Below are positions 12,629 through 26,299 of a stretch of DNA of 64,000 nt, in pieces (the first letter of the stretch is position 1; every line of letters begins with the position of its first letter). A program made the translations under genes and the position numbers. The notes under the pieces are model-generated. The model was given only the letters and a program-made list of their open reading frames with translations. It was not told where the DNA came from and ran no database searches. Source of the stretch: Macrostomum lignano (lineage: Eukaryota); contig NIVC01002777.1 of NCBI GenBank assembly GCA_002269645.1, forward strand, positions 1 to 64,000, read 5' to 3'.

Positions 12629-14998
12629 GAGATCATTCGCATTGCTAAACAGCAACAGGGGAACTAAGGGGTCAACTGCCCCCAACCTCAAATGAAAATC
12701 GGGGGGGGGGGTCATGATCCCCCCATTTATAAAGAAACGAAAAAGATTAACCATTAGCCAAGCGGGACTGGGTTTTCCCTATAAATTAAGCTCCATGTGT
12801 TAAGATCGGTGGAGAGTTTAGGAAATTGGGATTTGGGTTGGCCGAGGAAAAGGAGAGAGAGAGAGAGACAGGATGGTAAGGAAAAGATTTTTTCTAAGTC
12901 GCCCACCCACTGCCCGCGCTGAACCAGTTAGAAAATTTTCGAATTCCCAGCTTCCATCTAAATAGAGGAGAGAATGGGATATTCTTCCCAGGAGCCAGCT
13001 AATCCGCGCTAATCTGTGCACCTTTTGCCGCCGCCGCTGGTGGCTCTTTTGGGATATCTTTTAGAGGCAGGGGCTTGCCGAACACGCAGGGCTGAGGCTT
13101 GGGGAGGGGTTAGAAACTGCCAAGCCGAAGCCTCATCAGTCATTCTCCCGACAACAAGGGAATGAGGGGGGAGTTTAACCGTCAGCATCTTCTGGTGGAA
13201 GCTTCTCAAAAAACCTTTGCCAGTTTAAGCTTCTTCAAGAGTCGCCTCTCTCTCTCCTTGGTCTGCCCGGATCAAGCCGGGGACCGCTGAGCTGGAGCAA
13301 AGTTGGACAGGAATCAATTCCAATTTTGTTAAGAAAACAACTATTGTGAGGGGTGTCTGGAAAGTTCTGACACTTCTGATCCCAGAGCTAAAGGGGCGAA
13401 TTCCAATTCTTTCTAATAAATTGTATTACTCAGTCCAATTGTGCTCTCGGATTCCCCCAGACCTACCGAAAATGCGCGCCTGTTTCCAGTCCAGACTCGC
13501 CTCTACAGAAGTCCAGGGAGTTGAAAGAGCCAGCCCCAAAACCTGCCCTCCTTCCCCGCGCGCCAAAATACCCGGTATTCCTCCGAAAAATTTAATCAAT
13601 TCCAACTTTGGAAGTTCTTCGAACGTCAGAAGCCGCCGCGCGCCAAACTAATTAAAAGCGAAAAAGCGAAGTGAGCTGAGCTGAGCTGAGCTGAGCTGAC
13701 AAACAAACAGACCTCCCCGAAACCGTCACACCGACAAAAAATTAAAGCCGCGTCTACGCTCGTAACAGGGCTGAACCTGTCAGCTGAGCTCCCGCTATTC
13801 GGCACCCGGTGGGGGGGGGGCTCCACAACCGAGAATAAAATCTAAAGATCAATTGACGAGGGCAGCGCTGACGGATGCGGGAACTTCGAATTCGCTGGAT
13901 TTAACCGAGACCCCTTCTGGCTGCGAGAGTCTGGGAATCAATTTAGCGAGTGTTTGCCTCATCGCTACAGGATTCCAGATTCCCATGGGGGGGGGGGTTT
14001 CAGTCCTCGGAGTGTCAGCTTGGTTCAACCGAGATTTGCATGGCGATCTCTGTAAACATTTGCAGGATGTGGCGCGAGAATTATTGAACTGAAGACTTGA
14101 CTTTTAGAAAACGACACAAACTGTCTTAGAAAAAAAAGCGACGCTTTTACAACTATGGGTGTCGTTTCTATAATCTTTCTTTCAAATTCATTCAAAGAAC
14201 TTTCTTTCAAATTATTGTCTCCAGATCGTAGCTTTGTTAGTTTACTCTGTATTAAAAGGCAACAAAGCAATGCAATTACTATTTTCAGGCTAAACTTTTA
14301 AACTGCCAAACAGATAAACAGCTTGTGCTTATAAAGTTATAATGTTGTTTGCATGATTTATTAGGCGGCATGATATTTATAGGCATGAAGCGATAAGGAA
14401 ACGCAGACAAGCAGACATATAGAGAGTAATAAAATGAGAACCAACTCGCATCTTTCTCATTAATCATGTTGTCTATGCAATGAGAAGGTTATCAAATAGA
14501 TTAGCAGTTCGATTAATACGTGGCATGTGTGTTTCTTGACAGTTCAGCTGCTTTATTAATATCTGTATTAAAGAGAGGTTCACAACAGCAAAAATTGTTT
14601 CTTGGTGAGATGCGATGGCTTGGAGATTGAAGAAAATATAACGGTCTGTGTTATGCAATATGCACATAGTTAATGAGCCAATATAAAACAAATTGTGTAG
14701 CAAATTAAATTCTACCAAAGAAAAACAAATTTTCAACGCAGATTCATTTTATATGCCATCAAGGTTTTCGCCGATAATAATAAAACAATAGCATATCTGG
14801 TAGTAATTCGAATTGAATGACAATTCACACAGTCATAGATCGCTTAATACACACTTGATATCCAGCATAGGAAACAATTCCTAGGTGTAATCTGCCGATA
14901 ATAATGTCAATATTGCAGGTTCCTTGGCAAAATGTGTCACAAATAAGCAATATGAATTTATGAACTGGACAATTTTTTACATTCAATGAACGTCAGCC

Positions 14999-15504
14999 TC
15001 AAGTTGACGCCATCAGCTGGTGCGGCTTCTGCTTCTCGTCCGAGCCGCAGTCTTTGTCCCAGTCTTTGTCGCATACCATCGAGCCGGACGCGACAAGGCC
15101 GCTCTTCATCAAGAAGCTGCTCTCCTTCTGTCGCTTCTTCTGTTTCATTCTACGATTCTGGAACCAGATTTTCACCTGGGTCTCGTTGAGCGCCAGGCTG
15201 TTGGCGATCTCAATGCGCCTCGCTCTCGTCAGGTACTTGTTGAAGTGGAACTCCTTCTCCAGCTCTGTGAGCTGCTTGTTGGTGAAATTTGTCCTGCCGT
15301 TGCCGGGGGCCATGAGGCAGTGCGACGGTGCCTGCTGGGGGTCGAGGGACAGCGGGCAGACTGGCTGGCGAGAGAGCGGGTGGCAGAGCAGCTGCTGCTG
15401 CTGCAGCTCCTGTTGCTGTTGTAGGATCTGCTGTTGCTGCTGCTGTTGTTGCTGCTGTTGTTGCTGCTGTTGCTGCTGCTGCTGTTGTTGTTGCTTCTTG
15501 CAGT
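14999..15504 (-). CDS. lab/Hox1: labial/Hox1 homeobox gene, exon 2 (polyQ linker plus homeodomain)
   Basis: Homeodomain [59 protein letters not shown] has the paralogue-group-1 signature ([21 protein letters not shown]). Acceptor TTTTCTCGCTCAACAG ends at 15505. The frame is open from 15504 to TGA at 14999-15001. Confidence 0.95.
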
Positions 15505-15604
15505 CTGTTGAGCGAGAAAAGCAACAAAAAAATTGTCTTACTTTTTCACCCTTTAGTATTGAAACGGATGGGTCTAAGGGAGCCTAGGGGTATAAGTGGT
15601 TTAA

Positions 15605-15835
15605 CAGTCGGTGAGAATAACATGGCCTTCCCAACCGGTGAGAATAACCTGGCCTTCCCAACCGGTGAGAATAACCTGGCCTTCCCAACCGGTGAGAATA
15701 ACCTGTTATGTTCACCCAGGCCTTCCCAACCGGTGAGAATAACCTGATTGTGTTCACCGGTGATTAGAGGTCTTCCCAACCGGTGAGAATAACCGGGATT
15801 GTGTTCACCGGTGATTGGGGGTCTTCCCAACCGGG
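15605..15835. repeat. 27-bp minisatellite (CCTTCCCAACCGGTGAGAATAACCTGG)n
   Basis: Tandem unit read directly, about 100 bp from the Hox exon 2 acceptor. Confidence 0.88.
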
Positions 15836-16443
15836 TTGTAGAACTGATATTTATAACTTGCTCTTAAATGGTCTGTATTTTTCTTGCTGTTAGTTTACAT
15901 TGCACCGCATTGAAGAAACACACAAATAATTTTCTCTCAAAGCCCCGACACCCAAAAGCTTTGCTTAACAACAGAAAATTCTGGCAACAAATGTTCATAG
16001 TGAAATGTCCTGTTTTGTAAACCAATACCCAGTATTTACGTAGCATAGCTACAATTTTTTTGGTTTCGCAAATCTGCATCCTGGAAATAAAGCATTTCGA
16101 ACTGGAACACTGGAAGTCGCAAGTCAGTTTTGAACATCCATCACCCAGCTGCTGTCTCTTGTGGCTTGTGTTACAATGCTTGGATTGCTAGGCCCCCCCT
16201 ATACGCTGCCCTATTCAATCACCTTTCAGGTTTGTTGGATGTGACCGCGGCAAAAGTGATATATTATATGGGTGTTGATTGCGGCCAAGTGTTTATGCTG
16301 CCCCGATGGGGCGGGGAGGCTGGGGATCCTCAGAATCCCGGGCCTGTTGCTAGGCTGATCTGTACCACAGGGACAATGGGATTGGGAAGGAAAGTGAGAT
16401 GACAACTTTCTTCTTGGAGGTCTTTGCGCCTTCCTTGGGTGCG

Positions 16444-19440
16444 AGAGACGGGGGAGACGGGTGAGATGGAAAGGGAGACGGGTGAGATGGAGAGAGAGAC
16501 GGGTGAGATGGAGAGAGAGAGACGGGTGAGATGGAGAGAGAGAGACGGGTGAGATGGAGAGAGAGAGACGGGTAAGGTGGAGAGAGAGACGAGTGAGATG
16601 GAGAGGGAGACGAGTGAGATGGAGAGGGAGACGAGTGAGATGGAGAGAGAGAGACGGGTGAGATGGAGAGAGAGACGGGTGAGATGGAGAGAGAGAGACG
16701 GGTGAGATGGAGAGAGAGAGACGGGTGAGATGGAGAGGGAGACGAGTGAGATGGAGAGGGAGACGAGTGAGATGGAGAGAGAGAGACGGGTGAGATGGAG
16801 AGGGAGACGAGTGAGATGGAGAGAGAGAGACGGGTGAGATGGAGAGGGAGACGAGTGAGATGGAGAGGGAGACGAGTGAGATGGAGAGGGAGACGAGTGA
16901 GATGGAAACGGAGACGAGTGAGATGGAAACGGAGACGAGTGAGATAGAGAGAGAGAGAGACGAGTGAGATGGAAACGGAGACGAGTGAGATGGAGAGGGA
17001 GACGAGTGAGATGGAGAGGGAGACGGGTGAGATGGAGAGGGAGACGAGTGAGATGGAGAGAGAGACGAGTGAGATGGAGAGGGAGACGAGTGAGATGGAG
17101 AGAGAGAGACGGGTGAGATGGAGAGGGAGACGGGTGAGATGGAGAGGGAGACGAGTGAGATGGAGAGGGAGACGGGTGAGATGGAGACGGAGACGAGTGA
17201 GATGGAGAGAGAGAGACGAGTGAGATGGAAACGGAGACGAGTGAGATGGAGAGGGAGACGAGTGAGATGGAGAGGGAGACGGGTGAGATGGAGAGGGAGA
17301 CGAGTGAGATGGAGAGAGAGAGACGGGTGAGATGGAGACGGAGAAGAGAGAGGTGGAGAGGGAGACAGGTGAGATGAAGAGGGAGACGAGTGAGATGGAG
17401 ACGGAGACGAGTGAGATGGAGAGAGAGAGACGGGTGAGATGGAGACGGAGACGAGAGAGGTGGAGAGGGAGACGGGTGAGATTGAGAGGGAGACGAGTGA
17501 GATGGAGAGAGAGACGGGTGAGATGGAGACGGAGACGAGTGAGATGAAGATTGAGACGAGTGAGATGAAGATTGAGACGAGTGAGATGGAGAGAGAGACG
17601 GGTGAGATGGAGAGAGAAACGGGTGAGATGGAGACGGAGACGAGTGAGATGGAGAGAGAGACGGGTGAGATGGAGAGAGAGACGGGTGAGATGGAGAGAG
17701 AGAGACGGGTGAGATGGAGAGAGAGAGACGGGTAAGGTGGAGAGAGAGACGAGTGAGATGGAGAGAGAGACGAGTGAGATGGAGAGGGAGACGAGTGAGA
17801 TGGAGAGAGAGACGGGTGAGATGGAGAGGGAGACGAGTGAGATGGAGAGGGAGACGGGTGAGATGGAGACGGAGACGAGTGAGATGGAGAGAGAGAGAGA
17901 CGAGTGAGATGGAAACGGAGACGAGTGAGATGGAGAGGGAGACGAGTGAGATGGAGAGGGAGACGGGTGAGATGGAGAGGGAGACGAGTGAGATGGAAAC
18001 GGAGACGAGTGAGATGGAAACGGAGACGAGTGAGATGGAGAGAGAGAGACGAGTGAGATGGAAACGGAGACGAGTGAGATGGAGAGGGAGACGAGTGAGA
18101 TGGAGAGGGAGACGGGTGAGATGGAGAGGGAGACGAGTGAGATGGAGAGAGAGACGAGTGAGATGGAAAGAGAGAGACGGGTGAGATGGAGAGAGAGAGA
18201 CGGGTGAGATGGAGACGGAGACGAGAGAGGTGGAGAGGGAGACGGGTGAGATTGAGAGGGAGACGAGTGAGATGGAGAGAGAGACGGGTGAGATGGAGAC
18301 GGAGACGAGTGAGATGAAGATTGAGACAAGTGAGATGGAGAGAGAGACGGGTGAGATGGAGAGAGAAACGGGTGAGATGGAGACGGAGACGAGTGAGATG
18401 GAGAGAGAGACGGGTGAGATGGAGAGAGAAACGGGTGAGATGGAGACGGAGACGAGTGAGATGGAGAGAGAGACGGGTGAGATGGAGAGAGAAACGGGTG
18501 AGATGGAGACGGAGACGTGTGAGATGGGGAGAGAAACGGGTGAGATGGAGACGGAGACGGGTGAGATGAAGAGCGAGACGAGTGAGATGAAGATTGAGAC
18601 GAGTGAGATGGAGAGAGAGACGGGTGAGATGGAGAGGGAGACGAGTGAGATGGAGAGGGAGACGAGTGAGATGGAAACGGAGACGAGTGAGATGGAAACG
18701 GAGACGAGTGAGATGGAGAGAGAGAGACGAGTGAGATGGAAACGGAGACGAGTGAGATGGAGAGGGAGACGAGTGAGATGGAGAGGGAGACGGGTGAGAT
18801 GGAGAGGGAGACGAGTGAGATGGAGAGAGAGACGAGTGAGATGGAGAGAGAGACGGGTGAGATGGAGACGGAGAAGAGAGAGGTGGAGAGGGAGACAGGT
18901 GAGATGAAGAGGGAGACGAGTGAGATGGAGACGGAGACGAGTGAGATGGAGAGAGAGAGACGGGTGAGATGGAGACGGAGACGAGAGAGGTGGAGAGGAA
19001 GACGGGTGAGATTGAGAGGGAGACGAGTGAGATGGAGAGAGAGACGGGTGAGATGGAGACGGAGACGGGTGAGATGAAGAGCGAGACGAGTGAGATGAAG
19101 ATTGAGACGAGTGAGATGGAGAGAGAGACGGGTGAGATGGAGAGAGAAACGGGTGAGATGGAGACGGAGACGAGTGAGATGGAGAGAGAGACGGGTGAGA
19201 TGGAGAGAGAAACGGGTGAGATGGAGACGGAGACGAGTGAGATGGAGAGAGAGACGGGTGAGATGGAGAGAGAAACGGGTGAGATGGAGACGGAGACGTG
19301 TGAGATGGGGAGAGAAACGGGTGAGATGGAGACGGAGACGGGTGAGATGAAGAGCGAGACGAGGGAGATGAAGATTGAGACGAGTGAGATGGGGAGAGAA
19401 ACGGGTGAGATGGAGACGGAGACGTGTGAGATGGAGAGAG
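16444..19440. repeat. About 21-bp purine-rich minisatellite (GAGACGAGTGAGATGGAGAGG)n, 3 kb
   Basis: Read directly; source of the spurious 1000-aa ORFs. Confidence 0.97.
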
Positions 19441-19847
19441 AAGAAGACACTGAGAGAGACAGTCAATAACTAATGCGGTTAATACAGCTATAAAAAATAT
19501 AAAAAAATACGCTAATCCACAGCACTTTATCCGTGGGATTTCGAGTATACTAGTAAACAAAAACTGGTAGCTTAGTGCATAAGAGTCGATCTAAATTTTG
19601 CTCTTGTGAGCATGGAGCTCTGCAGCATAATATGCGTTACACACTGAGCTGCAAATCTCCTTCCTGTTCTGCATACAGACATTTCTGTCTCTCGCATCGC
19701 ATGCATTTTAATTCAATATTGATGCATAGCCAAACAGGGACAGCCTCACTCGACATCCTGCAGACTCTGCTACCAGTGACCAGTGGTTGCACTTTATAGT
19801 CAGTTAATTTCCAACCGAAATAGCAGAGCGAACAGAGAAGTTCTAAA

Positions 19848-20207
19848 GTCAGACCCCACAGACAGACACTCAGTTGTTGATTTCTCAGACCCCACACACA
19901 GATACTCAGTTGTTGATCGCTCAGACCCCACACACAGACACTCAGTTGTTGATCGCTCAGACCACACACACAGATACTCAGTTGTTGATCGCTCAGACCC
20001 CACACACAGACACTCAGTTGTTGATCGCTCAGACCACACACACAGATACTCAGTTGTTGATCGCTCAGACCCCACACACAGACACTCAGTTGTTGATCGC
20101 TCAGACCACACACACAGATACTCAGTTGTTGATTGCTCAGACCCCACACACAGACACTAAGTTGTTGATCGCTCAGACCCCACACACAGACACTTAGTTG
20201 TTGATCG
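19848..20207. repeat. 36-bp minisatellite (CAGACCCCACACACAGACACTCAGTTGTTGATCGCT)n
   Basis: About 10 copies read directly. Confidence 0.93.
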
Positions 20208-20856
20208 CCCATGCCAGTAGATCAGCTATACAAGAGGCTGACAGTATTGCAGGCAGCCTCATCAAGAAAATTCCCGACTTAAAGCCATACAGAATTATAA
20301 ATCAGAGCTCTCAGCCCCAGCTCTCCCTTGATCCCTTCGTGCCCCCTTCGCCAAATTGACAGAGCAAACTTTGGCCGCTTTAAGTCTGTCTCCCCCACCC
20401 AGGACGCAGCTCCATATGCAAGAGCGAGGGCAAACAAGTGAAGGACAACACACTCATGCACCAGAGCAAACCCATATGAGGATTAGAAAGTGTAGGCCCC
20501 CAACTGAAATTATTAATTCTGAATGAGCTGCATAACCAAACCCAAACCCCTCCTCCGGTCCTGCGCCCTGCACACCTGAGGAATCATGCGCAATATAAGC
20601 TCGGGAAGCTGAAGGGGATGCAGAATGGCATCGGGGGATCTGGGATGGAGATCAGCCACTCACTCCCTCCCATTTTCCAACGATCCCAAACTCGCTCGCC
20701 GCGAAGGTAAACACAGATATATTTTAGTCCCCCTTCGAGAGCTGCGATGTCCCGCATTCTAACGAAAAAGCGACGAAGAAAGAGGAGACTCGCGAGGGGC
20801 TGCCCCAGCCTTAGAAAAGGTAGAGACGCCCATATCATTGTCTCAGTAGTTTTGCC

Positions 20857-21311
20857 ACATTCTCATGGGCAAGTCTCACTCAGCAGATCTCATGGTTGAT
20901 GGCTACCATTCTCATGGGCAAGTCTCACCCAGGAGATCTCATGGTTGATGGCTGCCATTCTCATGGGCAAGTCTCACCCAGGAGATCTCATGGTTGATGG
21001 CTGCCATTCTCATGGGCAAGTCTCACCCAGGAGATCTCATGGTTGATGGCTGCCATTCTCATGGGCAAGTCTCACCCAGGAGATCTCATGGTTGATGGCT
21101 GCCATTCTCATGGGCAAGTCTCACCCAGCAGATCTCATGGTTGATGGCTGCCATTCTCATGGGCAAGTCTCACCCAGGAGATCTCATGGTTGATGGCTGC
21201 CATTCTCATGGGCAAGTCTCACCCAGGAGATCTCATGGTTGATGGCTGCCATTCTCATGGGCAAGTCTCACCCAGGAGATCTCATGGTTGATGGCTGCCA
21301 TTCTCATGGGC
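20857..21311. repeat. 49-bp minisatellite (CCATTCTCATGGGCAAGTCTCACCCAGGAGATCTCATGGTTGATGGCTG)n
   Basis: About 9 near-identical copies; period measured 20886 to 20935. Confidence 0.95.
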
Positions 21312-22814
21312 TGACAAAGACAATGCTTTTTCCTACAGCAAATATCCCGAAGGAATTCAATTAACTTCACGCAATAACAATTGCAAGAAGCGGGTCCTTC
21401 ACTCACTCGGGGTCTTCACTGTTATCTCTGGTTTGCAATTGTTGCACTCTGACTCCGCACTAGACAAGGGGGGGGGGTGGTCAGAAGAATTCTGATAAAT
21501 TCTTACATTCTAAATTTATTGCTTCTTCTGCTCTGAGGTAATAAACAGAGCTAAACTGTAGGATATTTGTTTCTGATCTTATTTCCACACCTGCCTTTGG
21601 GATGTTGTAAGTCCATTGTTACACTTGCTACTAAATTCCCAAGCAGCCTTTGCCCCCTTCTACAGTTCTTGTTGACCCCCCCCATTAAGCTCGAACGATA
21701 ATTTATTGATGAAGAAGAGGAGTCAGAGGATCTTTGTCCTTTCTGATTAATGCGGATCCACTTATGCTATAGGGGGGCATTGGGCCACCTTCCCAAGCCT
21801 CCCGCCTTCAGGCGCCACTTCATAATTTTTCTGCACAAAAGTTAACGCAAAGAGTCCCTGCAGCTGAAGTAGCGAATGCAATGAGGGAGGAAAGAGGCGG
21901 AGGGGGGCAGCCAGTGCCGGCAAAAGATGGCATAAAGATTTATGGTAGGTGCGCTCCGATAGGCGCTTCAGAAAATGTTTTCGCTCGTTCTTATTTTTCC
22001 AATATAAGGCTCCGACCGGCCTTTCCAGGTAGGGTATAGCATTGCATATTTTCGGTTAGCCGTATTGTTAACAATATAAGCGTATCAAACCGCGGTGACT
22101 TCAGGTGGGGTGGGGAGAGGCAGGGCAAGGCCAGGTAAGGGAGCGAAACACCTGTCAACAAGCAATAAATCAAAAGTATTCCGTATTCAATAGCGTATAT
22201 AGAATATCTCTCTGCGTATAGGCCTGGCAGTTGAAGTCCAGCCTGGGGCTGCAGTTATGATATATATATTTGAAACTGATAATTACATAGACAGGGATAT
22301 TAAAATCTTTCGTAGGGTGACTGCATAGGCCAGTCTGTTCCCAACAGTTTTTCAGTTTCACCCACCGGTTTAATACTCATAAGTGCGAAGTTCGAGTCAC
22401 GGGATGCGAGCTTGCTCACGAACTGCTGGGGGGGGACACCTCGCCATGTGGCGATCCAATATTTGACAAGTGAGAGCTGCTCTGCTTTCTGGGCTCTGCC
22501 GCCCGTGGGAACAAACTCGATCTGGTCTGCGTGGTCTGCTGTCCGACTCTCGGAGAAATGATGAATTGTTGCAATTAAATTTGGATTTTATCCCTCGAGG
22601 AACTTTCGAGCTGCTTGCAGTTGGCAAAGGGGAGAAAGTTTTTTTGCTTTAATTTTATATCCCTTGACCCGAAAGCTGGTGGCCAGATTAAATATTTGTG
22701 TGCAAGAAAGCGGTCTGACATTGCAGATGTAGGCACAATTTTGATTTTCGAGATTTCATCAAGCAAGTCAAACTTGGCGCTTCGTGACTGCTTGTAGAAA
22801 AATGTTGAAAGCAA

Positions 22815-23047
22815 ATAAAAACACACAAAAGGTTCAGGGTCTCCCTCAGATAAACACAACAAAAGTTCAGGTCTCCCTCAGATAAACACACAAAAGGTTC
22901 AGGGTCTCCATGAGAGAAACACAACAAAGGTTCAGGGTCTCCATGAGAGAAACACAATAAAGGTTCAGGGTCTCCATCAGAGAAACACAACAAAAGTTCA
23001 GGGTCTCCATCAACAAAACACACAAAAGGTTCAGGGTCTCCATCGGA
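22815..23047. repeat. About 33-bp degenerate minisatellite (GGTTCAGGGTCTCCATCAGAGAAACACAACAAA)n
   Basis: About 7 diverged copies. Confidence 0.85.
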
Positions 23048-25365
23048 AAGCTCGCTAAAGGTTCCGTTCATGGCCAGACACTAAAAATTAGAACCCATAT
23101 AGACTGAATGGACATCGGATTTAACGAATTCAGGACTGGAAGAACTTCTGTTAGCCACTTGTAATAGCTTCAATAATGCTTGCAATGTATAGCGCATATA
23201 CAAACTTTGATATTGAATGGGCACTTGGCCTACTATTTAGCATCGCCATTGCAATTGTTTTGTTGCTATACCGATGGCTTCTGGTTGGTATATAGTAAGC
23301 ACAGGATTGGGCCCGAACGCAATCCGAAAATGTTAGTTATACAGTTTGGATTCGACTACTTTTTTGGCCGAAGGAGTTTCGTTTTCGTCTTCGGTGCAGA
23401 CTGCCGGACCTGTTGCGTCAGTCAGGACCGGGGTTGGCATTCCGAACTGAAGGGTCTTCTTGTCTGGCAATCTGTTGCCTAGGCCTGGGGGCGATATACT
23501 AGGAAACCCATTACAGAAACCTTGAAACTGACAAACTGTGCACATTGCTAAGACTCCCTGCAGGTTCTGTGTATCTTGCCCCCCCCCCTTATCAGGCTTC
23601 CCATTGCTTGTTTACTAGGTTAGTATCTGCATTCCACTGCCCGCGGCGAATGTGAGGATAAATATTATGACTATCAGGCCCTATTAAGGTAACTGCGGTA
23701 AGCCATGTAGGGTTTATCACTCTACGATCCGGCTTAGCAACTATTAGATAACATGACCGGTGCACAGGATGCACACTTATAGTATACACAACCACCATTA
23801 CCGCTAATTGTTAATTGTTATACAATGGTCTGTCAGTCCTGATAGTCCGTTACGCAACCAAAGCCTTGTGTGTTTACAAAGAGGCCACAGGCTGCTTGCC
23901 TGGCCATGGTGTTTTTTGTTACTGCCTTTGCCGGACAAGCGCGGGTAATTGGCTGTCAGGCAGAAAGAAACGAGAAAAAAGGAAGCCTGGAGGTTGGACG
24001 TCCTTCTTGAAGACGGAACGTCAAGAGAGGCAGATGAAGGCAGCCCCCCCCCCTCCCAAGCAACTAAAAATTGCAGCCCAACACCGCAAACAAACTTATA
24101 ATAGCTGCATGGGATCATCTTTGACAAAGAAATTCTCCCAAAAAAACGTCTTGATTATATTGATGATGAATGAGTTCGCTGGTTTGCTTGATAATTACCA
24201 TGATCTGCTGCTATCATGCAGGGAAGCTTTGCTGACTGGTATATAGTAAAATTTCACCTTCGGTTATATGATCTTTAGTATAGCTTCAGGTAAAAATGAG
24301 CAAAGTTGTGACCCTAAAACTGAATAAATTAGCTTCAGGTAACTAAGTGACTTGGTTCCGCAGTGACACCCCTGAAAGAAAATCGAGATTTGCCTTCTAT
24401 GCGCATGTAAGTTGTGCAGAGGTGTCAAAGCAAAAAAATTACCCACGTAAAAACTCGCCTCCCCCTGTTGTCATGCGCAGTTGACATGCGGCAACTTGCC
24501 GGAAATCGCTGGTCCATGACTGGCGCAGTTCCATTTATGCTGCTCAACTGCTCAAGCTCAACCATCCTACAGACTCAAACACCATCCTTTCATTTCAGCC
24601 TTGGCAACTACGCGAAGGTGACTGCTCAGTGAAGTATATAAATGCATCTTGTATGCAGGCAAGTACTCGAGTGCTAAACCCCAGGAGACTATAGAAATCA
24701 TAACACAAGATGACTCAGGAGCCATCAACTTATCGCCGTGTTGAATCGCCCTCGAAAGAAAGACGCGGATTTGGGCAACTCCCAAGCAACCTCTTCTCCC
24801 CCCCTGCTTTGAGCACAGAAACCCGACGGAGCGCAACTGAGCCCCCTGGGAATCTCCTTGATTCTGAGAGCGAGTCCTGATCCCCACAAAAAAGATGCGG
24901 AGAGAAATAAAGAAGCTTTATAAGAGAGGAAAGTTGGCAGCTTTCCCTCTTCGCTTAAGCCTGCGCCCCGCGCGCTTGATCGGTCAAGCGATTAAACATC
25001 AGCTCACTACCAGCGGAGTCATATAAGGCACGGATCTTGGCGTGTTGTTGGAGATAGCTTCCTGCATGGCAGCAAACGGCAGGTGTCAGGTGTAGGAAAT
25101 CCCCCAGAGACCATGATTTTGTATTTAGAGACTATAAGATTAGCATTAAAGTTCAGTACATAGTAGATTGCACACCCTGTGTCAGTGCAGTGGTGCCATT
25201 GTGCTGAGTATAAGCTACTCGTATGTGTATAAACTTCAGGGATCAGTCAGTCAGTGACAGTTGGGCCCCTCGGAAAGCGTTAACGTTATCCAATTAAGGG
25301 ATGGAACTTTCTCTACATTCTTGGCAGCAACACGACAGCAGAGAGAGAGCCAAATAATGACTTAC

Positions 25366-26299
25366 CTTTGCCGGTTGCCTTCGGCTGATGCCGCTTGATC
25401 TCCATCCACTTGAACGGTGGCGATCCGCCGCTCTCGCCTCCGCCAAGAACGCCGCCGCCGCCTCCGCTGCTGTTGCTGCTGTTGCTGCTATTGTTGTTCG
25501 CGTTGGCTTTGCTTCTGCTTCCGGAAGCATGCGCAGTTGCCGTTGCACTGCCGCCGCTGATGCCGCCGCCAACGCCGACTGACGTTCCGCAGACCGGCGA
25601 CGGGCTGACGCTGAGTTCGCTGCTGCTGCCGCCGCTCGGGCTGTGCGGGCACTGGTGCAGCAGGTGCTGCTGCTGCTGCAGATGCTGCGAACCCGTTGAA
25701 TAGCAGTTGATGTCGCCGCCGCCGCCGCTGCTGCCCCATAAAGAATTCACGGCGGCAGTGCCAACCGCGGATGCTGGCGTAGATTCCTGCTTGATGTAGG
25801 CAGCGGCTGCCGCCGCTGCGGCCGCGGCTGCCGAAGCTGTTGAAGGATACTGCTGCTGCTGACACTGGGAATAGTACTGCTGCTGCTGCTGCTGCTGATG
25901 CAGCACCGGCTGCTCCTGATGCTGCAGGTACAGACCGTAGGGTGAATTTATTTGATGGTGCTGCTGCTGCTGCTGGGGATGCTGGGGATGAAGATGATGC
26001 TGCTGATGAAGCTGCTGCTGTTGGTGATGAGTCTGGAAGGCGGCGGCTGTATGATAAGCAGCGGTAGCTTTCGTAGCTTCTATCAGCGATCCCGGATGTT
26101 GTTGATAAGCCAAGCTATCCAGGTTGCACAGCGAGTAGCCACCAGCTGCACCTCCCGAGTTCATCATTCTCAAAGCGGCAGCTGTGGTCTTGCTGTCACC
26201 GCTGCTCCTGTCACTTACGCCAATGTAAGAAGCGCCTGAGTAGCCTGTAATAATACTGTTGCTGCTGCTGCTGTTGTTGGGGCCAAGGACTCCGGCCAT
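25366..26299 (-). CDS. lab/Hox1: labial/Hox1 homeobox gene, exon 1 (Ser/Gln/His/Ala-rich N-terminus plus hexapeptide)
   Basis: ATG at 26299. PolyQ/polyA/His tracts. Pbx-interaction hexapeptide PPFKWMEIKR just before a canonical GTAAGT donor. Splices in frame to the homeodomain exon. Confidence 0.9.

Larger units (their letters stand above)
15505..25365 (-). other. Predicted 9,861-bp phase-1 intron of the Hox1 gene
   Basis: Donor AAG|GTAAGT at 25365 and acceptor CAACAG| at 15505. Joining gives 934+506=1440 nt (479 aa plus stop) with the homeodomain in frame. Confidence 0.85.

Noticed and set aside
15020-15587. Plus-strand ORFs over the Hox exons (poly-Cys/Leu), and similar shadow ORFs over the RASSF, LINE and transposon genes
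   Set aside because: They are antisense or alternate-frame shadows of real coding sequence.
16226-19560. ORFs of more than 1000 aa in three frames (also those at 1125-1871, 4352-5929, 9853-11336, 28324-29691, 30779-31609, 35921-36806, 47916-48769 and 49397-50526)
   Set aside because: They are stop-free translations of tandem repeats, open in several frames, with no unique sequence.
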